23,844 nt of DNA, from the NCBI RefSeq assembly GCF_019599295.1, contig NZ_JAIEWN010000016.1:59839-83682 (forward strand). The letters are read 5' to 3'. Positions 16,011 through 23,844 of the stretch are shown here, in pieces (positions within the stretch are counted from its first letter, which is position 1; the number at the start of each line of letters is the position of its first letter). This DNA is from Oscillochloris sp. ZM17-4. GTDB lineage: Bacteria; Chloroflexota; Chloroflexia; Chloroflexales; Chloroflexaceae. The position numbers were made by a program, and so were the translations under genes. The notes under the pieces are model-generated. The model saw only the letters and a list, made by a program, of their open reading frames with translations, was not told the origin of the DNA and made no database searches.

Positions 16011-16487
16011 GTGATCCTCGGCGGGATGGCCCTGCTGGCGATGAACGTCGAGCGCTTCAACCTGCTGGGGGCCAGCAGCGGCGTGCGCGTGCAGACCTGG
16101 GCCTCGGCCCTGGCCATGCTGCGCGACCACCCGATGGGCGTCGGGCTCGACCAGTTCGGCCGGCTCTACCCGCAGTACATCGACCCGGCGCTCGCCGCGA
16201 CAAACGAGATCAACACGGCCCACCCGCACAACTTGCTGCTCGACATCGCCCTGCGCATGGGGCCGCTCGGCCTGATCGCCTTCGGCTGGCTGCTGGCGAT
16301 CTTCTACCGGCGCATGATCGCCAGGGCTGGCCAGCCGTCGCCCATGCGGGCCGTATATGTCGGCGCCCTGGCGGCCATGACCGGCGCGCTGGTCCACGGC
16401 ATGGTCGACTCCTTCTACTTCTGGCCCGACCTGGCCCTCGCCTTCTGGCTATTCCTGGCCCTGGCGATCTGGCCCGCGGCGGAGTAG
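16011..16487 (+). pseudogene. O-antigen ligase (Wzy_C/WaaL family) C-terminal ~160 aa, 5'-truncated fragment
   Basis: 'VRVQTWASALAMLRDHPMGVGLDQFGRLYPQYIDPALAATNEINTAHPHNLLLDIALRMGPLGLIAFGWLL...' is the periplasmic loop plus last TMs of O-antigen ligases, which are normally 400+ aa with about 12 TM. The listed plus ORF upstream of 16005 is antisense to the transglutaminase fragment. Confidence 0.65.
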
Positions 16488-16541
16488 CGCAGAGCGTAGC
16501 GCGTAGAGCGGCAAACATCCTGTGCTCTGCGCTCTGCGCTC
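16487..16541. repeat. Inverted heptamer-type arrays (AGAGCGT-like x3 and GCTCTGC x2) forming a 10-bp perfect inverted repeat 'gcgcagagcg'/'cgctctgcgc'
   Basis: Read directly, immediately after the TAG of the O-antigen-ligase fragment. Confidence 0.8.
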
Positions 16542-16601
16542 ACGTGATACAATGTCCCTGTATCAACCCATGCGCCCAGGGGGCGCCGGAGGCCCAGGAT
16601 C

Positions 16602-16799
16602 ATGCCCTTCTACAAAGACATGCCGCTCGTCTGCCGCGCCTGCGGCGAGACATTCATCTTCACTGCCGGGGAGCAGGAGTTCTACGCCGACAAGGGCTTC
16701 CTCAACGAGCCCACGCGCTGCCCGAAGTGCCGGGTGCGCCGCGAGAGCGCCGGCGGGCGCGGGCGGCGGGATGCCAAGGAGGTAAAAGGTAAAAGGTGA
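16602..16799 (+). CDS. Small Cys4 zinc-ribbon protein (zf-trcl, 'probable zinc-ribbon domain' family)
   Basis: 'CRACGETFIFTAGEQEFYADKGFLNEPTRCPKCR' matches the zf-trcl pattern C-x2-C-G-x-F-x-F-x3-E-Q-x-F-Y-x3-G-F-x-N-x-P-x-R-C-x2-C-R. RBS 'ggagg'. A TACAAT -10-like hexamer lies at 16548-16553, inside a 7-bp inverted repeat (tgataca/tgtatca). Confidence 0.75.
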   Translation: MPFYKDMPLVCRACGETFIFTAGEQEFYADKGFLNEPTRCPKCRVRRESAGGRGRRDAKEVKGKR

Positions 16800-16838
16800 A
16801 AGGTAAATCTTTTACCTTTCACCTTTTACCTTTTACCT
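16780..16838. terminator. 28-bp-stem perfect hairpin built from GGTAAAA heptamers with a 3-nt loop. Bidirectional terminator spanning the stop codons of both convergent genes
   Basis: 'aggtaaaaggtaaaaggtgaaaggtaaa tct tttacctttcaccttttaccttttacct'. The TGA at 16797-16799 and the minus-strand TGA (tca at 16819-16821) both lie inside the arms. Both proteins therefore end in ...VKGKR. Confidence 0.75.
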
Positions 16839-17730
16839 TTGCCCTCAGCACGCCGGGCGTCATCTGGATGCTGATCAGATCGCTGTTACGGATGTATGGC
16901 TGATCCAGGTCGCCTTCTTCAGTGTAATCCAACGCCTCGGCCAAGGCTAACACCTCGCTGCCAGTATGGATGCGGTAAGGAAAGCCCCAGGCCGCCGTGC
17001 CGCGCATGAAGATGAAGGCCCGCCGCGCCGGCCAGGCCTGGTCGATCGCGAAGTCATCGGCCCTCGGCGCGGGCCGGTAGCCGCCGCCCGGCCCCTGCGG
17101 CCGGCGCGGCATGCGCCCCGCCGCCAGCAGGCCGACGGCCTCGGCCAGCAGCCGCCCGCCCAGGGCCGCCGCCCGCCCCTCGACCTCCTCCCAGCCCGCG
17201 CCCGCTGCCAGATCGGCCCCGCCCTGCGCCACGATGTCGCCCGTGTCCAGCCCCGGGTCCATCAGGTGTACCGTCGCCCCGACGCGCTCCGCGCCCGCGC
17301 GCAGCGCCCAGAAGATCGGCTCGGGGCCGCGCAGATCGGGCAGCAGGGAGGGGTGGACGTTCAGGAAGCCGTGGCGGGGCAGGCCCAGCAGGGCCGGCGG
17401 GATGCGCCAGGGCCAGCACGCCACACAGGCCAGGTCGGGCCGCAGCGCGGCCAGGGCGGCCAGCGCCGCCGCGCCGGCGGGCCGGCCGAGGGCCAGGGCC
17501 GGGATCGCGTGGGCGGCCGCGATCTGGAGGATGTTCGGCGGCGCGGCCCCGGCGAGCGGCAGCAGCCCCGCTGGCGCGGGCGTCGGCGGCAGCCGGGCGA
17601 GCGGCGGCGCCCCCGGCGGCGCGGGCACGGCCACACACACCACCTCGGCCCCCGCGTCGAGCAGGGCCGCCAGCGGCGGCGCCGAGAAGCGCCCCGGCAT
17701 CCCGAAGAAGAGTACCCGTAGCGGCTGCAT
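16819..17730 (-). CDS. fmt: Methionyl-tRNA formyltransferase family protein (Fmt-like, both domains). An alternative start lies 10 codons upstream at 17760
   Basis: 'MQPLRVLFFGMPGRFSAPPLAALLDAG' is Fmt N-terminus-like. The catalytic region 'HGFLNVHPSLLPDLRGPEPIFWALRAGAERVGATVHLMDPGLDTGDIVAQ' matches the Fmt 'HxSLLPxxRG...TGVT.H.M....DTGD' motifs. The listed 541-aa ORF's N-terminal 238 aa are antisense-like junk. Confidence 0.75.
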   Translation of the reverse strand: MQPLRVLFFGMPGRFSAPPLAALLDAGAEVVCVAVPAPPGAPPLARLPPTPAPAGLLPLAGAAPPNILQIAAAHAIPALALGRPAGAAALAALAALRPDLACVACWPWRIPPALLGLPRHGFLNVHPSLLPDLRGPEPIFWALRAGAERVGATVHLMDPGLDTGDIVAQGGADLAAGAGWEEVEGRAAALGGRLLAEAVGLLAAGRMPRRPQGPGGGYRPAPRADDFAIDQAWPARRAFIFMRGTAAWGFPYRIHTGSEVLALAEALDYTEEGDLDQPYIRNSDLISIQMTPGVLRAKVKGKR

Positions 17731-17787
17731 CGCTCGGCATTGTACCATCGCCGACAGCATCAGCCCGCCCCGGTCGCCCCGCTCCCC

Positions 17788-17803
17788 TGGCACGCTTCTT
17801 GCT
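17788..17803 (+). promoter_or_regulatory. Consensus sigma-54 (-24/-12) promoter 'TGGCACG-cttc-TTGCT' 52 nt upstream of rpoN. A near-identical copy lies in inverted orientation at 17820-17835 ('TGGCCCG-cttc-TTGCT' on the minus strand), facing the fmt-like gene
   Basis: Read directly: 'cctggcacgcttcttgctcctgtggcatgatgccagcaagaagcgggccacc'. The forward copy matches every conserved position of the sigma-54 promoter consensus. The two copies form an imperfect 48-bp palindrome around the 'ggcat g atgcc' centre. Confidence 0.6.
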
Positions 17804-17854
17804 CCTGTGGCATGATGCCAGCAAGAAGCGGGCCACCAGCGAGGAGCAACGCCA

Positions 17855-19210
17855 ATGTTTGAGATGTCGATGAGCCCCGAGATGGGCCAGCGCGTCACGC
17901 CGGCCCTGCTCAACCTGGCCCACCTGCTCAGCCTGCCGAGCATGGCCCTGGAGCAGGCCGTGCGCCAGGAGCTTGAGGAGAACCCCGCCCTTGAGGAGGT
18001 GGAGGCCGAGGACTCGCTCTGCCCGCGCTGCGGGCGGCCGCTCATCGAGGGCGTCTGCCTGCGCTGCGATCTCCCCTCGACCGGCGACGATCTCTCCGGC
18101 TCCTCGCCCGATGACGACGGCCTCGACCCGCTGCTCTTCGTGGCCGCGCCGCGCTCGCTCAGCGAGTCGCTGCTCGACGACCTCTGCGCCAGCCTGCCCG
18201 CCAGCGAGCGCCCGATCGCCCTCGCGCTCATCGGCAGCCTCGACGACCAGGGCTTTCTCCTCGACGCACCCGACGATATCGCCGCCAGCCTGGGCGTCGC
18301 CCCCGCCCGCGTCGTGGCCGCCCTGGAGCGCCTGCGCGAGATCGGCCCGCCGGGGATCGCCGCCCGCGATAGCCGCGAGTGTATGCTCGCCCAGATCGAC
18401 GACCTGGCCGACCAGGGCATCGCGCACCCCCACGCCCGCGCCATCGTGGACGCGCACCTGGAGGATCTCGGCGCGCGCAGCTACCGCAAGATCGCCCGCG
18501 CCCTGGGCGTCAGCGTCGCCGAGGTCGCCGACGCCCGCGCCTTCATCGCCGCGAACCTCTGGCCCTACCCCGCCCAGTCCGCCGACCCCTCCGCCCGCGC
18601 CGCCTCGCGCACCCGCTACCGCACCCCCGACATGGCTATCAGCATGATCGAAGGCGCCTTTATTGTCGAGGTGCTCAACTCCCAGCGCCGCGCCCTGCGC
18701 CTCAACCCGCTCTACCAGGAGCTCTCCGCCCGCGCCGCCACCCTCGAAGACGCTGAGCGCGCCCACGTCCAGGAGTTTATCTCCCGCGCGCGCGTCTTCC
18801 TGGCCAACCTGCGCCAGCGCGAGTCGACCCTCAAGCGGATCGGCGAGGTCATCGTCGAGCGCCAGGACGGCTTCCTTCGCTACGGCGTGCGCCACCTGCT
18901 CCCCCTCACCCGCGCCGAGATCGCGGTGACGCTGTGCATCCATGAGTCTACGGTCAGCCGGGCGATCAGCGATAAGACCGCCCAGATCCCCGCCGGCGAC
19001 CTGCTGCCCGTCAGCGAGTTCTTCGTGGCCGCCCGTGGCGTCCAGGATGTGCTGCGCGCGCTCATCGCCGCCGAGGATACGTCCAGCCCGCTGAGCGACC
19101 AGGCGCTCGCTGCGCAACTGGCCGACCTCGGCTACCCGATCGCCCGCCGCACCGTGGCGAAGTACCGCGATGTCATGAAGATCCCGCCCGCCCAGATCCG
19201 CGGCGCGTAG
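17855..19210 (+). CDS. rpoN: RNA polymerase sigma-54 factor RpoN, with a CxxC-x7-CxxC zinc-ribbon-like insertion after region I
   Basis: RBS 'gaggag'. Region I 'LLNLAHLLSLPSMALEQAVRQELEENPALE'. HTH and RpoN box 'ARRTVAKYRDVMKIPPAQIR' at the C-terminus. Insertion 'CPRCGRPLIEGVCLRCD' at residues about 56-72. Confidence 0.95.
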   Translation: MFEMSMSPEMGQRVTPALLNLAHLLSLPSMALEQAVRQELEENPALEEVEAEDSLCPRCGRPLIEGVCLRCDLPSTGDDLSGSSPDDDGLDPLLFVAAPRSLSESLLDDLCASLPASERPIALALIGSLDDQGFLLDAPDDIAASLGVAPARVVAALERLREIGPPGIAARDSRECMLAQIDDLADQGIAHPHARAIVDAHLEDLGARSYRKIARALGVSVAEVADARAFIAANLWPYPAQSADPSARAASRTRYRTPDMAISMIEGAFIVEVLNSQRRALRLNPLYQELSARAATLEDAERAHVQEFISRARVFLANLRQRESTLKRIGEVIVERQDGFLRYGVRHLLPLTRAEIAVTLCIHESTVSRAISDKTAQIPAGDLLPVSEFFVAARGVQDVLRALIAAEDTSSPLSDQALAAQLADLGYPIARRTVAKYRDVMKIPPAQIRGA

Positions 19211-19317
19211 TGCGCTTTCAGCGCAGGGGTTAGGAGTCGGGAGTCGGGGGTTGGGCGTTGTGATGCGACAGCACGCAGCATCGTGTCCAAAAAGGTTGCT
19301 TGAATCTGCACGAGGGA

Positions 19318-19368
19318 CGCCGTAGGGACGCAGCGTGCTGCGTCCCTACGGCGTTCTCTTTTTTTGTT
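19318..19368 (+). terminator. Rho-independent terminator of rpoN: 17-bp GC-rich stem followed by 'ttctctttttttgtt'
   Basis: 'cgccgtagggacgcagc gt gctgcgtccctacggcg' plus a T-run. The core is the same as the hairpin at 8671-8704, with compensatory outer base pairs. Confidence 0.85.
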
Positions 19369-19405
19369 AAAATTCTCTATTGATATAAAATATTTCGCCA
19401 AACTA

Positions 19406-19434
19406 TTGACAAATTTTTCTCAGAGTGATAATAT
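19406..19434 (+). promoter_or_regulatory. Near-consensus sigma-70 promoter: TTGACA, 17-nt spacer, extended -10 TGaTAATAT, plus an A/T-rich UP-like tract. It sits in a 140-nt AT-rich island
   Basis: 'TTGACAaatttttctcagagTGaTAATAT' is preceded by 'ttaaaattctctattgatataaaatatttcgcc'. It lies 68 nt upstream of the ATG at 19502. The region 19355-19495 is about 65% AT. Confidence 0.65.
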
Positions 19435-19501
19435 TGACGTGATGATAGTGAAAAGCGACATCGTGATGGTAAATATTACTATAAGGAAAGCGAGGCCGCC
19501 C

Positions 19502-19759
19502 ATGCTGCACGACACCTACCTGCACGAGCGGCTCGCCCGCGCGGCGGGGGAGCCCAGCAAACGCGAGATCGCCACCCGGCTCGCCATCGCCGAGCTGCGC
19601 CTGCGCCCGGGCCTGGCCCGCCGCGCCGCCCGCCGCGGCGGCCGGCTGCTCATCCGCGCCGGCGCGTGGCTGATGGCCTACGGCGCCGGGCGCGAGGCCC
19701 GCCTGCGGCGCAGCGCGCTGCGCACCCACCCCTCCGTCACCACATGCTCGCGAAATTAA
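19502..19759 (+). CDS. Small hypothetical protein (85 aa), Arg-rich with one hydrophobic helix. First gene of the cassette
   Basis: High GC3 in frame. RBS 'gaggccgccc' region. 'LLIRAGAWLMAYGAG' is hydrophobic. No recognisable family. The listed ORF start at 19364 lies in the AT-rich promoter and is unlikely. Confidence 0.5.
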   Translation: MLHDTYLHERLARAAGEPSKREIATRLAIAELRLRPGLARRAARRGGRLLIRAGAWLMAYGAGREARLRRSALRTHPSVTTCSRN

Positions 19760-19772
19760 CGAGGAGACCGCC

Positions 19773-20132
19773 ATGCACCGCCTCATCACCCGCGACCCCG
19801 TCAGCGGCGGGGAGCTGATCGTCACCCGCCTAGAGTGCCCCGAGAGCGGGATCGTGATCGAGGGCCAGTTCAGCCTCGGCTGGCTCGGCCGCCTCACCTC
19901 CGAGCAGCTCGACTTCGTCGAGGCGCTCATCCGGAGCCGGGGCAATGTCCAGAAGGCCGCCGCCGAGCTCGATATGGCCTACAACACCGCCCGCGCGCGC
20001 CTCGATGAGCTCGCCACCACTCTCGGCGGCACCCCCGAGGGCGACGGCCGCTCCGACCGCCGCCAGATCCTCGACCGGCTGGCCTCCAAGGATATCAGCG
20101 TCGAGGACGCCATGCGCATGCTGAAGGGATAG
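19773..20132 (+). CDS. DUF2089-family protein (degenerate N-terminal zinc ribbon + HTH) with a SHOCT-like C-terminal tail
   Basis: RBS 'gaggag' 7 nt upstream. 'GGELIVTRLECPESGIVIEGQF...LTSEQLDFVEALIRSRGNVQKAAAELDMAYNTARARLDEL' matches the DUF2089 pattern (CPxCGGEL.VTRL.C..CGT.IEG.F...LS.EQL.FIE.FI..RGNIKE.E..LGISYPTVR.RLDEV). Three of the four Cys ligands are replaced: D/S at the first CPxC, S at the second. Confidence 0.75.
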   Translation: MHRLITRDPVSGGELIVTRLECPESGIVIEGQFSLGWLGRLTSEQLDFVEALIRSRGNVQKAAAELDMAYNTARARLDELATTLGGTPEGDGRSDRRQILDRLASKDISVEDAMRMLKG

Positions 20133-20198
20133 CGCGGATTCATGCAGCCTTTTTAGCGTGCGCTAGCCCATATATGGCATCTGAGTGACGGCTCCGTC

Positions 20199-20223
20199 CA
20201 ATCTGCAATCTGCAATCTGCAAT
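20199..20223 (+). repeat. (CAATCTG)x3.5 heptamer array ending in the palindrome TGCAATTGCA, 18 nt upstream of the next start codon
   Basis: 'caatctgcaatctgcaatctgcaattgca'. The same unit occurs at 10019-10050. Confidence 0.9.
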
Positions 20224-20240
20224 TGCACGAGGTGACACCC

Positions 20241-20606
20241 ATGACCACCCCCGGCGGCGAGCGCAACCGCATCCTGAAGATGATCGAGGCCGGCCAGGTC
20301 TCCGCCGACGAGGCGGCCCAGCTGCTCGACGCGATCGGCCCCGCGCCGCGCCCCGTCGACCGGCAGCGCTCGCGCCTGGTGCGCGTCCGCGTCACTAACC
20401 TGCACACCGGCCGCCAGAAGGCCAACGTGACCATCCCGGTTAGCCTGGTGAATGTCGGGCTGCGCCTTGGCGCCCGGCTGGCCCCCCAGCTCAGCGGCAG
20501 CGCCCTGGAGGATCTGATCCGCAGCATTGAGGGCGGCGCAACCGGCCGCCTCCTTGAGTGGCAGGATCTGGAAGAGGGCGAGCGCGTCGAGCTTATTGTC
20601 GAGTAA
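20241..20606 (+). CDS. SHOCT-like N-terminal domain protein: the head module usually fused to DUF4097 proteins, here as a separate ORF
   Basis: ATG 20241 with 'gaggtg' RBS (the listed TTG start at 20223 lies in the repeat). 'ERNRILKMIEAGQVSADEAAQLLDAIG' resembles the N-terminal 'ILKMLEEGKISAEEA..LLEAL' motif of YvlB/LiaG-type DUF4097 proteins. Confidence 0.6.
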   Translation: MTTPGGERNRILKMIEAGQVSADEAAQLLDAIGPAPRPVDRQRSRLVRVRVTNLHTGRQKANVTIPVSLVNVGLRLGARLAPQLSGSALEDLIRSIEGGATGRLLEWQDLEEGERVELIVE

Positions 20607-20624
20607 CTGAGGAGGACCCCCATC

Positions 20625-23218
<2,594 letters not shown>

Positions 23219-23229
23219 AGGGCTACTCC

Positions 23230-23266
23230 GTAAGGGCGCAGCAGCCTACGGCTGCTGCGCCCTTAC
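23230..23266. repeat. 17-bp-stem perfect hairpin 'cgtaagggcgcagcagcc tac ggctgctgcgcccttacg', a diverged member of the GTAGGG...CCCTAC family. It lies in the divergent PyrK-like/priA leader region
   Basis: Read directly. It sits 12 nt upstream of the PyrK-like ATG and overlaps the spacing of its 'ggag' RBS. Confidence 0.8.
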
Positions 23267-23303
23267 AGTGTACCATCATCCGACTCCCTGCTATACTGAG
23301 GCC

Positions 23304-23844
23304 ATGCCGACCGACATGATCGCCGACATTGCTCTGCGCGCGAGCATCGGGGCGGGGGAGAGCCCGGTCTTCTCCTACCGCGTGCCGGCGCGCCTGCGCG
23401 GGCTGGCCCGGCCGGGCCAGCTGGTCTGGGTGCCGCTGCGCCGCCAGCGCGTGCAGGGGGTGGTGCTGGCCCTGCGCGAGGGCGGTGATTCCGACGGCGG
23501 GCGCGAGCTGCGCGAGATCGTCGACCTGGCCGACCCCGAGGCGAGCATCACCGCCGCCGGGCTGCGCCTGGCCGAGTGGGTGGCCGCCACCTACCGCGCG
23601 CCGCTCTACGAGGCCCTGGCCCTGCTGCTGCCGCCGGGGGTCGGCCAGGAGGCCGAGCCGATCTACACGGCCACGCTCGCCGGCATGCAGTCGGCGCTGG
23701 GCGAGCTGCCGCCCCGCGAGCGGGCCATCCTCTACTACCTGCGGGTCAACGGCCAGCAGTCCGAGCGCGACCTGCGGGCGGCCCTGCGCGGCGGCGACGG
23801 CGACCTGCGCGAGGCCTACGCGGCCCTGGCCGAGCGCGGGCTGG
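23304..23844 (+). CDS. priA: Primosomal protein N' (PriA), N-terminal 3'-DNA-binding domain. 3'-partial: it runs off the window
   Basis: High-GC3 open frame from ATG 23304 to the window end. 'IADIALRASIGAGESPVFSYRVPARLRGLARPGQLVWVPLRRQRVQGVVLAL' fits the PriA N-terminal pattern (V.VPL...F.Y.VP..L....G.RV.VPFG.R...GVV). 'LAEWVAATYRAPLYEALALLLPPGV' is also PriA-like. Confidence 0.7.
   Translation, partial: MPTDMIADIALRASIGAGESPVFSYRVPARLRGLARPGQLVWVPLRRQRVQGVVLALREGGDSDGGRELREIVDLADPEASITAAGLRLAEWVAATYRAPLYEALALLLPPGVGQEAEPIYTATLAGMQSALGELPPRERAILYYLRVNGQQSERDLRAALRGGDGDLREAYAALAERGL

Noticed and set aside
15417-16397. 326-aa transglutaminase ORF and 287-aa O-antigen-ligase ORF (15624..16487) as full-length overlapping genes
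   Set aside because: The N-terminal 130-190 residues of each are antisense-type junk. Only the domain-bearing halves, which do not overlap, have coding signal.
19132-19401. 89-aa minus-strand ORF spanning the rpoN terminator and AT-rich island
   Set aside because: It translates the terminator hairpin and promoter DNA. Composition is low-GC and non-coding.
19364-19501. N-terminal 46 codons of the listed 131-aa ORF (start at 19364)
   Set aside because: That stretch is the AT-rich promoter/UP region (Lys/Ile/Asn-rich translation). The in-frame ATG at 19502, with RBS and an abrupt rise in GC3, is the credible start.
10019-20223. Heptamer arrays as CRISPR arrays
   Set aside because: Units are 7 nt with no unique spacers of 25-40 nt. 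No cas genes. The arrays are tandem microsatellite-like, not repeat-spacer structures.

Overview
This is a high-GC (about 70%) bacterial chromosomal window. Genes, left to right:

- a 5'-partial gene encoding an FHA domain, one transmembrane helix and an extracytoplasmic clostripain-like (peptidase C11) domain
- an FtsX/MacB-type ABC permease, translationally coupled to a soluble histidine kinase
- ftsK (minus strand)
- a YggX-like Fe(II)-trafficking protein
- a minus-strand block: ATP-grasp ligase, membrane PAS-GGDEF diguanylate cyclase, B12-binding radical-SAM enzyme, and a clear bacterial homolog of the eukaryotic major vault protein (MVP) preceded by a 48-bp perfect AT-rich palindrome
- a head-to-head pair of gene fragments (transglutaminase-like C-terminal part and O-antigen-ligase C-terminal part)
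- a small zf-trcl zinc-ribbon protein
- an Fmt-family formyltransferase (minus strand)
- rpoN (sigma-54), preceded by a textbook sigma-54 -24/-12 element
- an AT-rich island carrying a near-consensus sigma-70 promoter that drives a four-gene cassette: small protein, DUF2089 HTH regulator, SHOCT-like protein, DUF4097 beta-helix protein
- a CcrM-like DNA-methyltransferase N-terminal fragment abutting the 3'-truncated DUF4097 gene
- a PyrK-like FAD/[2Fe-2S] oxidoreductase (minus strand)
- the 5' end of priA

Non-coding DNA is unusually structured. Intergenic regions carry locus-specific heptanucleotide tandem arrays paired with inverted copies, resembling cyanobacterial STRR repeats. There is a family of 'GTAGGG...CCCTAC' hairpins with compensatory changes, some acting as terminators. 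Several 21-25-bp perfect palindromes share a GGC-GAA-GCC centre. A (GGGGACA)5 G-quadruplex-type tract is also present.

All calls rest on reading the translations and the sequence directly; no database search was run.
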